A stretch of 64,000 bases of DNA, taken from the NCBI GenBank assembly GCA_963702415.1, contig CAVPCP010000021.1, positions 145,383 through 209,382 of the forward strand, in the 5' to 3' direction. This document shows positions 42,108 through 51,691 of this stretch, in pieces (the stretch's first letter is position 1; the number at the start of each line of letters is the position of its first letter). The notes beneath the pieces are model-generated. The model had not been told where the DNA came from, did not search any database, and saw nothing but the letters and a program-made list of their open reading frames with translations. Position numbers and translations under genes: made by a program. This stretch comes from an uncultured Bacteroidales bacterium (lineage in GTDB: Bacteria > Bacteroidota > Bacteroidia > Bacteroidales > VadinHA17).

Positions 42108-42466
42108 GTTCTTTGAAATTATGAGATAATCGCATTTGCGGCTTTTTTTTAGAGCGTGACGATTTGAATTAGTCAAATTTTCTAATTATAAATCTATCAA
42201 TCTATTTTGTTGCTATTTTAAATTACCGTTGGCTTTAGCCAACGGTATATAGACCTCATTTATAAGGACTTTAGTCCACTACTTTTGGGCTAAAGCCCGA
42301 CCAGTGGTGTGTCTTAATCCGTTGGCTAAAGCCAACGGTAAAGTAAAACGATCTTAAAAGAGATTTTCAATATACGAAAATCTATAAATTTTGAACATCC
42401 CCTCACTTAATAAAATACCTATAAAAGAGATACTTACGATATGCGATTACAATAATGTCAAAGAAC
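42108..42466. mobile_element. REP/MITE-like element with four hairpins and 12-bp terminal inverted repeats
   Basis: Ends GTTCTTTGAAAT and ATGTCAAAGAAC; core CCGTTGGCTTTAGCCAACGG, GGACTTTAGTCC, GGGCTAAAGCCC, CCGTTGGCTAAAGCCAACGG; inverted copy at 55843-56172. Confidence 0.75.
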
Positions 42467-42525
42467 TTAAAAATATCCAATTAATAATCAGAGGGTTTTA
42501 ATTGCCCACTACTGAAAAACTATTA

Positions 42526-42946
42526 ATGATGAAGACAAAAACTCTATTACTATTATGCCTTTTTTTAGGCATTGGATTGACTCAACTTTCTGCACAAAAA
42601 ACAACAGTTAAGTATGCAATGGGTGGTGATGCCTTGCCGGAGCCTATATTGTGTGATGGGGTAGAGTATTGGTTGACGGGGGTTTATTTCGGACAAGAAA
42701 TTAACATTTACTATAAAGATTGGGGAGCTTAAGAAGGGAATAAATCATCTTAAGGGGGAACTTACAAATGTAGAGACTGGTGAAATATTTCAAATACACA
42801 TTAAATACAAGGGTGATTATGTTGATGGGTATGTAATTGAGACAACCAATTTTAAAGGGAATATGGGTACACATGCTAATCAAAGGTTGGTATGGGACGT
42901 AGTAGCCGGATGGGAGTATTATTGGCTTAAAACGAATTGTCATTAA
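42526..42946 (+). pseudogene. Exported protein (MKTK...QLSAQ family) with a 1-bp frameshift near 42720
   Basis: Removing one T gives ...YYKDGELKKGINHLKGELTNVETGEIF...KGNMGTH...KTNCH*; may be a sequence error. Confidence 0.65.
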
Positions 42947-42988
42947 GACTAAAATTAAAGAACCTCAAAAATCATTTCAGAAATCCCA

Positions 42989-43015
42989 GCCCTCGGAAAT
43001 AAGCTAAGGAGGTTT
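42989..43015 (+). repeat. Hairpin T, degenerate
   Basis: GCCCTCGGAAATAAGCTAAGGAGGTTT. Confidence 0.65.
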
Positions 43016-43118
43016 ATGTTCAAGAAAAGATGAGATGCTTAAGACTAAGACAATATCAGATTCAAGACTTCCGTTTATAAAAAGAAGTCTGCTCAAATCT
43101 GAATTATCAGCATAGTGT

Positions 43119-43457
43119 ATGGTTATGATATCACTTAGGGAATTGCTAAGAAGGATTGCATCGAGTAATATCCGGAATAAGATTGCATCTGGTACAATGG
43201 TCTACTTTGAAAGTCCTTTGGAAGAATTGGCATTTAGATATGCTCCCAACGGAATTGGCAGACCTGGAAAGTACTATGTAAAATATTATGGTCAAGATGA
43301 ATATGAGATTTATTTCAATTCAACTTTCGTCCTCAAGGCTATAATGGAAGGTTATCAGATTAGTAAAACAAGATATGATAATTTCCATTTAATTAAGGGT
43401 GTCCTTTGGTACAGGCATATTAAAACTCCTGAAACTCCAAAGTCTGTTGGAAATTAG
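43119..43457 (+). CDS. Hypothetical protein
   Basis: 112-aa ORF; part of it is duplicated at 40648. Confidence 0.6.
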   Translation: MVMISLRELLRRIASSNIRNKIASGTMVYFESPLEELAFRYAPNGIGRPGKYYVKYYGQDEYEIYFNSTFVLKAIMEGYQISKTRYDNFHLIKGVLWYRHIKTPETPKSVGN

Positions 43458-43856
43458 TTCATTGGTCTGGAGCGGTAAATAAGTGTGTTTTTGAAGTCCG
43501 GAAGTTATCAGCTAACAGGACTTTTTTTATTAAGAAGCCAGCACCCTGAAAGTGAATTGGAGAACCCTATTTCACTACTAACCTAAACCTAACCTGATAG
43601 GATGCTGGCATAAATTTAAACAGTTCTGCTCTGAATAAGTTCAAATAGAATATTTCCTTCGCTTTTAGCCATTTTCCCGTTTTTAGGATAAAATTCCCTG
43701 AAAATGTAACAAAAGTGCTATTTTTTGATACAAAAGTGGTAGACTTTGTCATTGGGGTGGTCGAACTTTGTATGTGAATCTGGTTAATCAGGATCGTAGA
43801 AATTGATATTGCATACACTTATATCTAACTCTTTTTATAAACCAAAATCATCAAAA

Positions 43857-44435
43857 ATGAAGACACTGAAAAAGATCTTATTCTTTATTGCAGGACTTGG
43901 GCTGCTTATTGCATGCTCTAAATCTGACCATTTCTGGGGTGATGAACCCCTTGGTAATACAATGAAAGGTGGAAAATCTGATCCGGTTATGGTTACTACA
44001 CCTTTTAAAGCTGACTTTCTTGGCAATTATACATCTGTGGAAGTAAGTGCAGAATGTGGTGATTATCCAAATATGCGCGTTGTTGTAGATGCTACAGGAA
44101 CAGGTACTCATGTTGGAAAATCCACAGTGCACTTTGATTTCTGCTGCAATATGGAAACAGGGGTGTATGGTTCTAGTGCACCGTATGCAATTGTGGCTGC
44201 TAATGGAGATATTCTCTATATTTACGGTGAAGGTCAGGTTATAGATGGAAGGTTACCAGATCATCCTGATTATGTGACCTCTTATTGGAGAGATCCTTTT
44301 GTAATACAAGGAGGTACAGGTCGGTTTAAAGGTGCAACAGGAGGTGGTATGATGGATGATTATAACAGTAGTGAGGACCCTTATTCTCACCACCACTGGA
44401 CTGGAACCATTACATTGGTTAAAGGAAAACAATAA
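43857..44435 (+). CDS. Lipoprotein related to 39440..39913
   Basis: Lipobox LIAC; PFK..F.G, AANGD, GGTGRFKGATG, W.GTI. Confidence 0.75.
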   Translation: MKTLKKILFFIAGLGLLIACSKSDHFWGDEPLGNTMKGGKSDPVMVTTPFKADFLGNYTSVEVSAECGDYPNMRVVVDATGTGTHVGKSTVHFDFCCNMETGVYGSSAPYAIVAANGDILYIYGEGQVIDGRLPDHPDYVTSYWRDPFVIQGGTGRFKGATGGGMMDDYNSSEDPYSHHHWTGTITLVKGKQ

Positions 44436-44480
44436 ACTTGTCCATCCCCAATTTAAGAATACAATTCTCTCAAAAGCTAA

Positions 44481-44693
44481 AGCCCTCAGAAATCATCTCT
44501 GTGGGCTTTTTCTTGCCAAATTTCCTTTGGAGAATTAGGAAATCGCGCGATAAAACTAATTATCTGCTCTCGGGTGGTATCTACCATTGGCTTAATGACG
44601 ATCATTGATCAGATACATAAATAGGTGCACCTAGAATGAATTTCTTGAGTAGATAAATAAAGTTGACAAAGGCTTTTTGGTGATGTAACTTTA
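44481..44693 (+). repeat. Cassette boundary: hairpin T plus spacer C plus promoter P
   Basis: AGCCCTCAGAAATCATCTCTGTGGGCTTTTT; spacer closely matches 61221-61366; TTGAC at 44663, TAACTTTA at 44686. Confidence 0.85.
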
Positions 44694-44726
44694 CTTATTA
44701 AATCCCACTTAGTTAAAGCAATAATT

Positions 44727-44930
44727 ATGAAAACGAGAAAAATTCTTACAAAAGTAGCAATTGTAATTTTTCTTCTTCTTTCAAGTGCAAGTAGCGAATC
44801 CTGTAAAAAAAAATGTTGGACATGTGACGAAGTTTCCAGTGGAGGCGGATATATTTATAGGACACGAATTACGTGCAATGAGAGTAAATTGAATTACTAT
44901 ATAAGCCAAGGGTGGGATTGTGGTAAATAA
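44727..44930 (+). CDS. Small Cys-rich lipoprotein
   Basis: SESCKKKCWTC...TCNESKLNY...GWDC; paralog of 36212..36412. Confidence 0.65.
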   Translation: MKTRKILTKVAIVIFLLLSSASSESCKKKCWTCDEVSSGGGYIYRTRITCNESKLNYYISQGWDCGK

Positions 44931-44952
44931 ACAGGCATGCTTTATAGAAGTC

Positions 44953-44984
44953 AGCCGTCGGAAATCAACTTCTGGGGCTTTTTT
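44953..44984 (+). repeat. Hairpin T
   Basis: AGCCGTCGGAAATCAACTTCTGGGGCTTTTTT. Confidence 0.75.
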
Positions 44985-45212
44985 GTTAGCTATTGCGATG
45001 CTCCATACACAAGTTAAAGCAAATCGATTCATCAGGTTTGATTAGATTTTGGTGGATAAGTCGGATTTTAGGATAAAGCTGCTCAAATTTTTGATGAACA
45101 GGCTAAATCCATTGACTGAAATATGTTTAACTATTAAGGTTACAATTTGAAAGTAGCCTAACTTCATAAATTATAAATATTTTCCCTTAATGACTAATTC
45201 AAAAAAATTGTC

Positions 45213-46649
45213 ATGAAATCACTAAGATTTTTATTCTTTTCAAGTACAAAATTCTTTGGAATTTTGTTAGGATTTTTAATTCTGTTATTCAGTTCGGGAT
45301 GTCAGGAAGACCTCCTTAAAACAGAGAATGCTGATGAACCTGAATCCCCTGCGCCAAAGAAGGCGAAAACCAGTAATTTTATGGTTATTACTAAATCAGA
45401 AACACTTCCTGCAGATTTTGAAATCCAACTTTCCGCCTATGGGAAAATCGTAAGATCGATTCCTGAAATCGGAATAGTGGTTGTAAAAACTGCAGTTTCA
45501 GATTTTGAAAAGAAAGTTGCAAAACTTTCGGAGGTTCAGGCTGTTGTTCCTGATCTTATTGTTAAGTGGATTGAACCAACTGAATATTTCACCGAAGAAA
45601 ATCCACCGAGCATAGGTTCTGATGAGACTTACTTCTGGTACCAATGGGGTCTGGATGCCATTGATGCTCCTGAAGCATGGAATGCAGGATATACTGGCAA
45701 AGGAGCAAGAGTTTTTATTCTTGACAGTGGCATTGACGCTGAACATCCTGATCTGGCGTCAAACCTGAATACTGATCTTTGCGCTTCCTTTGTTCCGGGC
45801 GAAAGTTATAATGCTGCCGATGGATTCTATTTTAATCATGGTACACATGTTGCTGGGATTATTGCTGCTGCAGATAACAGTTTTGGTGTTATCGGAGTAG
45901 CCCCTGAAGCTGAAATAGTGGCGGTGAAAGTCATTTCTGAATCTACCGGCTCAGGCGCTTTCAGCTGGATCAATGCCGGAATTATATATGCTGCCGATAA
46001 CGGTGCCGACGTAATTAATATGAGCCTTGGAGCAACAATTTACAGAAATGGCTTTTATTATGATGAAGATGGGGTCCTGCAAAAGATGCCTGCTTCTTAT
46101 TACCAAATGCTTATTCTGGCCACAAAGCGTGCGATTGACTATGCATACAAGAAAGGTGCTGTCATTGTTACATCGGCAGGGAATGATGGATTAAATATGG
46201 ATGGCAATGGTTCTCTTTTCAAATTGCCGGCCGGACTTCAAAAAGTAATCACTGTTTCTGCAACAGCTCCTGATTACTGGTACAGGGATCTGATTAACGG
46301 AATAGATCCTGTTTTGGATATACCTTCGAGTTACACTGATTATGGAAAATCATTCATTGAAGTCGCTGCACCCGGAGGTGATTATGATTTTTACCCTGGA
46401 GTTAATTATCATTGGGATTGTGTGCTTAGCACAATTCCTGGAGGATGGGCCTGGGCTGCCGGAACAAGTATGGCATCACCGCATGTGGCAGGAGTGGCTG
46501 CACTGATTATCGGCAAAAACGGAGGAGAAATGGATCCGCAAGAAGTCACAAAGCAACTGCTTAATACTGCTGATAAAATTGACAGGCAGGGAATTTCAGC
46601 ATATTTCGGGAAAGGACGAGTTAATGCTTTCAGGGCAGTAATGGAATAA
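45213..46649 (+). CDS. S8 subtilisin-family serine peptidase (lipoprotein)
   Basis: Catalytic triad motifs LDSG, HGTHVAG, GTSMASPHVAG; SAGN; lipobox SSGC. Confidence 0.93.
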   Translation: MKSLRFLFFSSTKFFGILLGFLILLFSSGCQEDLLKTENADEPESPAPKKAKTSNFMVITKSETLPADFEIQLSAYGKIVRSIPEIGIVVVKTAVSDFEKKVAKLSEVQAVVPDLIVKWIEPTEYFTEENPPSIGSDETYFWYQWGLDAIDAPEAWNAGYTGKGARVFILDSGIDAEHPDLASNLNTDLCASFVPGESYNAADGFYFNHGTHVAGIIAAADNSFGVIGVAPEAEIVAVKVISESTGSGAFSWINAGIIYAADNGADVINMSLGATIYRNGFYYDEDGVLQKMPASYYQMLILATKRAIDYAYKKGAVIVTSAGNDGLNMDGNGSLFKLPAGLQKVITVSATAPDYWYRDLINGIDPVLDIPSSYTDYGKSFIEVAAPGGDYDFYPGVNYHWDCVLSTIPGGWAWAAGTSMASPHVAGVAALIIGKNGGEMDPQEVTKQLLNTADKIDRQGISAYFGKGRVNAFRAVME

Positions 46650-46669
46650 ACGAATTTACCGGGATTAGG

Positions 46670-46700
46670 GAGCAGGTTTCATTAAACCTGCTCTTTTTTT
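46670..46700 (+). terminator. Intrinsic terminator
   Basis: GAGCAGGTTT-CATT-AAACCTGCTC followed by a T-run. Confidence 0.8.
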
Positions 46701-47068
46701 ATTCCATCAGATACTGATCGTAAATTAATCAGTTAAAGGTCTGCCACTGCTCCAGATGACAGATAAGAGTGATAGTTAGGTATCACTTTGGGTATATACC
46801 CTTACTTATATAGACCATATAAATGACAGGTGGGATGATTCCAGAAAAGATCTTTTTGGGATTAATCCGATGTCCTCAGCCAATTCCCCGCTTTTAAGCT
46901 AAAATCACCTTAAAATGTTACAAAAGTGTCAGAAAATGATACAAAAGTGGTAGAATTTGTCATTTGGGTAGTAGAACTTTGATAAGAATTTGGCTAATCT
47001 GGATCGCAGAAATTGATATTACAGGCACTTATAATTAACTTCTTTTTATTAACTAAAATCTTTTAATT

Positions 47069-47530
47069 ATGAAAACACTTAGGTTTTTTGTTATTCTTTG
47101 CTTCATTCTTGGGTTTATCTCTAAAGTAAATGCCCAATCAACTTCAACAAGAGATATTGACATTCCCTACAGCTTTTACATAGATTGTATTGGCGAAAAT
47201 GCAGTGGGAACACTGACTATCCATATATTACTTCATTTTGATAAAGACGGGTATTGGACTTCATTTCACTATCAACCACAAGGAGGGGCATTAATCGGCG
47301 AAAACACAGGCAACGTTTACCATCCAATTGGTGTTACTCAAGAACACTGGAAATCCTGGCAAAATGGAGTAAATGGAGCATTTACTGATACTTTTATAAA
47401 TAACTATATTGCGGTAGGTGTTGGTAAGGACGCAGTCAAATGGGGAGGTAAAGAAACATATCATATCACTGCAACAAAAGACGGCGAGATTACAGTAGAG
47501 GTTATAAAATCTGAAACTTTTTGTAAATGA
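47069..47530 (+). CDS. Exported hypothetical protein
   Basis: Signal peptide MKTLRFF...VNAQ. Confidence 0.7.
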   Translation: MKTLRFFVILCFILGFISKVNAQSTSTRDIDIPYSFYIDCIGENAVGTLTIHILLHFDKDGYWTSFHYQPQGGALIGENTGNVYHPIGVTQEHWKSWQNGVNGAFTDTFINNYIAVGVGKDAVKWGGKETYHITATKDGEITVEVIKSETFCK

Positions 47531-47580
47531 ATCTTGTTAAATTCATAAAGAATTAGGTTGTCATAAAAATTAAGCGTACG

Positions 47581-47794
47581 AGCCCTAGGAAATCTGCTTC
47601 TGGGGCTTTTTCTTACCAAATTTTCATTGGAGTTAGCTAAATTCTCTATGTCTTCTCAATTATCTGCACATGAGTGATATCTACCATTGGCTAAAAGGAG
47701 ATCGTTTAAGACTATCAGTAAAAATGCATGCCTTGTCAGAAATTTCTTGAATAGAAAATAAAGTTGACAAAGGCTTTTTGCTGGTGTAAATTTG
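47581..47794 (+). repeat. Cassette boundary: hairpin T plus spacer C plus promoter P
   Basis: AGCCCTAGGAAATCTGCTTCTGGGGCTTTTT; TTGAC at 47764, TAAATTTG at 47787. Confidence 0.85.
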
Positions 47795-47819
47795 GTAAAG
47801 TAATTCCATTTAAATACCC

Positions 47820-48302
47820 ATGAAAAAATATTCACAAATACAGGAGTTTATTTCCGTTCTAATGGTTTTCATTTTATTGACATACCCGTCTGGTTGTACG
47901 AGCACCAAGATTATTTCAAAATCCGATCTTCCCTTGCCTGACTCAAGCAAATATTATAAATATCCTTTTGTTGTCCATGGTGACACATCAAAGTTTTTGC
48001 TGGATAAGCCGACAATTTCAGATAGTATATTATCGGGCACAATTAAACAGATTCATAAACATTATCCCTCAAAGAAAAAAATTCATTTATATCTCTCCTC
48101 TGATTCGATGATTAAAATAGATAAAGGAGAATTTCTCAGTGTACCACTCGATGAGGTCACCAAGGTAGAATTAAAGAAACCGAGTGGAGTAAAAACGGCT
48201 ATTGTCGTTGTTATTGGTGTTTTCGCAGGAGTTGCAGTTAGTGCGCTTGTCCTCTACGGCATTTTTGCTTTCTTCTCTCTTTTCATGGAGGATGGAGGCT
48301 AA
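47820..48302 (+). CDS. Hypothetical lipoprotein with C-terminal TM segment
   Basis: PSGC lipobox-like motif; hydrophobic C-terminus. Confidence 0.6.
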   Translation: MKKYSQIQEFISVLMVFILLTYPSGCTSTKIISKSDLPLPDSSKYYKYPFVVHGDTSKFLLDKPTISDSILSGTIKQIHKHYPSKKKIHLYLSSDSMIKIDKGEFLSVPLDEVTKVELKKPSGVKTAIVVVIGVFAGVAVSALVLYGIFAFFSLFMEDGG

Positions 48303-48426
48303 TAAAAATTAAAAATAAAACTTCTGCATCTTAATGAGGGATTTATCTCCCTGATGACAAGAGGAAGACACAGTTGTAATATAATATTTATTCTGCATTT
48401 ATGAGATGTTATCCTGATATGTAATC

Positions 48427-48534
48427 AGCCCTCAGATCAGCTTCATAATTTTCTATACCTTTAATCTGACCCTCACTTGACTTTCATATCAGGATAGCAT
48501 AACTTTACTTACATTAAGCCCAAAAAGTTACCTG
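48427..48534 (+). repeat. Half hairpin T plus leader G/promoter P
   Basis: AGCCCTCAGATCAGCTTC; ATCTGACCCTCACTTGACTTT...GGATAGCATAACTTTAC. Confidence 0.8.
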
Positions 48535-50451
48535 ATGGCTCACAAAACCAATAGTTTTGAAAGGTTCTGGAAGGAACTGAAGAGACGTAAGGTCTTTAGT
48601 GTCGTCACCACTTATGCTGCGACTGCTTATATCATAATCGAAGTTGTAAACAATCTAATCGGGCCATTGCATCTTCCGGACTGGTTTGCAACATTAGTTA
48701 TAATACTACTCATAACAGGACTCCCAGTTATTGTTATTCTGTCATGGATATTTGATTTTACACCCCAAGGGATTAAGAAAACCGAGTCGCTTGAAGAATT
48801 AGAAAACAAACAGATTGTAGTAAAACCTGTCAAAGGTAAACTGAGGGCAAGTTATGTTCTAAATGCTATTCTTATCATAGCTGTTATGGTTCTTGTCTAT
48901 CCGAAAATATTCAAAAGGGACACTCTTGAAAGCCTTCGGGCAAAAGGTAAGATTTCTGTTGCCGTGATGCCATTTCAGAATATGACAAATGATAAATCGT
49001 TAAATGTTTGGCAAGAAGGTGTCCAGAATGAAATTATTACTTCCCTTACAAACTCTGAAGAACTAAAAATCAGGCAAACAGAAACAATAAACAGTTTAAT
49101 CCAGAGCAAAGGCATTACAAATTATGAATCGATTACACCTTTGGTGGCCAGTGCACTTTCGCTAAATCTTGATGCTAACGCATTTATCATTGGAACAATT
49201 AAGCAGGCAGGTACAACAATACGTCTGAATGCACAGATAATTGATCCAAACACAAAAAATGCTTTAAGGTCTTTTCAAATTGACGGATCATCGGACGAAA
49301 TCCTAAATCTGATTGATACTCTTTCTGTAGATATAAGGAACTCTCTTGAAATATCTAAATTGGAAAGGGGGGTTACCGCTGAATTCCACTCCTTTGGATA
49401 TACGACTTCTTCAGAAGCATATAAGAATTTTATTTATGGCCAGGATGCTTTCTTGAAAGGAGATTATTCTACAGCGATTCAATATCTTTCTCAATCTGTA
49501 AGATTAGATTCAAGTTTAATACACTCTTCTTTCTTATTGGCTTTTGCCAACCTTTTTAGTGGTGATATGAATAAAGCGAAATATATTGTTTCAAGGATTC
49601 ATAATAAAAGAGATCAAATATCACATGTGCTGTGGAAAACATTTACTGATTATCAATATGCATTACTTTTTGAGACCCCCACAGACCAATTAAAATACAT
49701 AAGACAATCCCTTCAATTAGACGATCAATTACCATTCAGTAATTTTGATTTAGGCAAAGCTTATTTGGATTTGCGTCAATATGATGAAGCAATTCCAGCA
49801 TTTGAAAAAGCATTGGGGATATATAAAAAATGGAAAACAAAACCTGTCTGGGTTTGGAACTATACTGCACTTGGATTGGCTTATCATGAGACTGGTCAGT
49901 ATAAGAAAGAAATAATACTCTATAAGAAAGCTGAACTGGATTTTCCTGAGAATTCTGATCTGGTCTACAGACAGGCAGTCCTTTCCTTAACACTTGGAGA
50001 TACAGTTGAAGCAAAAAGATATATTGAGAAATTCATAACAATTCAGGGGAAAAACTCTGTTCCTGAGGCTGGCATAATGACCGATTTGGCAAATATTTAT
50101 TTGGAAGCAGGTATCCTTGATAATGCGGAGGACTTCTATCGGCAGGCACTTTCGGTAGAACCTGAAAGTGATGGCAGGATTAATAATCTTGCATATTTTC
50201 TTATTGATAAGGATCGGAATATTAATAAGGGGATTGAGCTCATTGAAAGCGGTCTGGAACTGGATCCCGATAACTATCTGCTTCTGCACACCAAAGGATG
50301 GGCATTATTTAAAAAAGGTAAATATCAGGAAGCATTGAATATGCTTCAGAAAAGCTGGGATTTACGAAGACAAAATGCTGTTTACGATCACGAAGCATTT
50401 CTTCATCTCGAAGCAGCAAAGAAAGCTGTTGCCGGGATGAAGAATAATTAA
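48535..50451 (+). CDS. Membrane-anchored TolB-N/FlgO-like plus TPR protein
   Basis: FWKELKRRKV TM module, SVAVMPFQN, IRLNAQII, TPRs; ends HLEAAKKAVAG. Confidence 0.8.
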   Translation: MAHKTNSFERFWKELKRRKVFSVVTTYAATAYIIIEVVNNLIGPLHLPDWFATLVIILLITGLPVIVILSWIFDFTPQGIKKTESLEELENKQIVVKPVKGKLRASYVLNAILIIAVMVLVYPKIFKRDTLESLRAKGKISVAVMPFQNMTNDKSLNVWQEGVQNEIITSLTNSEELKIRQTETINSLIQSKGITNYESITPLVASALSLNLDANAFIIGTIKQAGTTIRLNAQIIDPNTKNALRSFQIDGSSDEILNLIDTLSVDIRNSLEISKLERGVTAEFHSFGYTTSSEAYKNFIYGQDAFLKGDYSTAIQYLSQSVRLDSSLIHSSFLLAFANLFSGDMNKAKYIVSRIHNKRDQISHVLWKTFTDYQYALLFETPTDQLKYIRQSLQLDDQLPFSNFDLGKAYLDLRQYDEAIPAFEKALGIYKKWKTKPVWVWNYTALGLAYHETGQYKKEIILYKKAELDFPENSDLVYRQAVLSLTLGDTVEAKRYIEKFITIQGKNSVPEAGIMTDLANIYLEAGILDNAEDFYRQALSVEPESDGRINNLAYFLIDKDRNINKGIELIESGLELDPDNYLLLHTKGWALFKKGKYQEALNMLQKSWDLRRQNAVYDHEAFLHLEAAKKAVAGMKNN

Positions 50452-50882
50452 AACAAACATACACAGGTAAGGAGACCTCCTGAAAGGTAGGGGTAGCAAA
50501 AATAAAAGGGAAGTCTAAAGATCGCATGCCATGGCCTCGGGAAAAGCATGCTTTCCCCTTCAGTATAAAAAAGTATTGTCGGCATCCACGCCCACCTGAA
50601 CAATAAGCAATTTGGATAATAATAGAAAGAGGGCTTTCCAGATGATTTTTTACAATGCACTACCATTGCATTCATTATAAACAAACAGCAGGATATAGCT
50701 ATCAATTGCCTGATTTTGTCAACTTATCTAATTGGCAGATAAAAAAATCGTCTGTAAAAGTAAAAGCAAATGTACATCAAATCCAACTTCTCAATTCGCT
50801 GTATTAAAAACTAAGATCCACTATTTCGTGGAATACTCTTGTGATTTGGAACGAACAAACCTGCTTGAGTTAACCATCACTC

Positions 50883-51176
50883 AGAGGAAGGCCATATTCA
50901 AAGAAGGGGATCGATTTTGTTGCATTCGGTGGCCTCAAATAGTAATTCTTTTATTTTCCTGAAAACAAAAAGTAATTTCCCCTTTTCTCGATTTGGGACA
51001 AGCACACCAAAATTTAATACCCCTTAAGGTCCGTGCTCATCCAGTACTCAATGATAACTCCTTGGCAATGGTAACCAATGGCTAAAGATATATGGACTTA
51101 TATATACCCTATATACAAGACACCTGTCAGGATGCGAAAATAAACTTGACTTGGGCCTTTTATTGTAATAAATTAG
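50883..51176 (+). repeat. Spacer module D plus promoter P (also 58968-59205; partial ~50495-50580)
   Basis: Shared GTGGCCT...AGTAATTCTT, AAAAAGTAATT, TTAATACCCCTT, ATCCAGT.CTCAATGA, ATGGTAACCA...AAAGATATATG. Confidence 0.75.
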
Positions 51177-51205
51177 CTTATTCGAGACATTAAATCAGTA
51201 TTAAT

Positions 51206-51535
51206 ATGAAGGCAATCCAGTATTTACCCACAAGCCTCCTCCTACTTTTATGTGTTTTGAATCTCTACCTTGGAATTATTACGAAGCCAGATCCCAGTTC
51301 TGTTATATATATAGTTTTTGGTGTAGTCTATTTTACTCTTGGGGTGTTATTGATTAGCAAAATGAGGGGCTCCGAATTACTTGGATTCATTATACCTCTG
51401 GCAATAGTGTTTATTTACCCATTAATCGTGGATTTTAAAAATCTGCATCCATGGTCGTCAGGTTTTTTGGGAGCGACTAATGCAGTAGTTGTATTATGTT
51501 ATCTATATCTGTTATTGGTAAAAATTAAAAACTAA
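51206..51535 (+). CDS. Small four-TM membrane protein
   Basis: 109 aa, four hydrophobic segments. Confidence 0.65.
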   Translation: MKAIQYLPTSLLLLLCVLNLYLGIITKPDPSSVIYIVFGVVYFTLGVLLISKMRGSELLGFIIPLAIVFIYPLIVDFKNLHPWSSGFLGATNAVVVLCYLYLLLVKIKN

Positions 51536-51561
51536 TTCATAGTAATAATATTATGTTTGTC

Positions 51562-51650
51562 GCCCTCGGAAATCAGCTTCGGGGGCTCTTGCTTACTTAC
51601 CAATATCTGACCCCACTTGACTTTGATATCAGGATAGCGTAATTTTACTT
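51562..51650 (+). repeat. Cassette boundary: hairpin T plus leader G/promoter P
   Basis: GCCCTCGGAAATCAGCTTCGGGGGCTCTT; TTGAC at 51617, TAATTTTA at 51640. Confidence 0.85.
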
Positions 51651-51691
51651 GTGTATACCGATATCTTTAATGATTGTAAATAGTTTTGCTA

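Noticed and set aside
40648..43389. Diversity-generating retroelement TR/VR pair
   Set aside because: Mismatches are mostly C/T rather than adenine-specific, the repeat is mid-gene, and no reverse transcriptase is present.
48492..48519. dif/XerCD-like site GGATAGCATAA-CTTTAC-TTACATTAAGC
   Set aside because: It resembles dif in this copy, but the XerD-like arm is not conserved in the other P copies; the promoter reading explains the motif.
50448..50962. ORFs 50448..50705 (-), 50732..50962 (+) and similar ORFs at 58961..59167, 43567..43818, 61195..61419
   Set aside because: They overlap non-coding spacer modules B, C or D and their frames do not appear conserved between copies.
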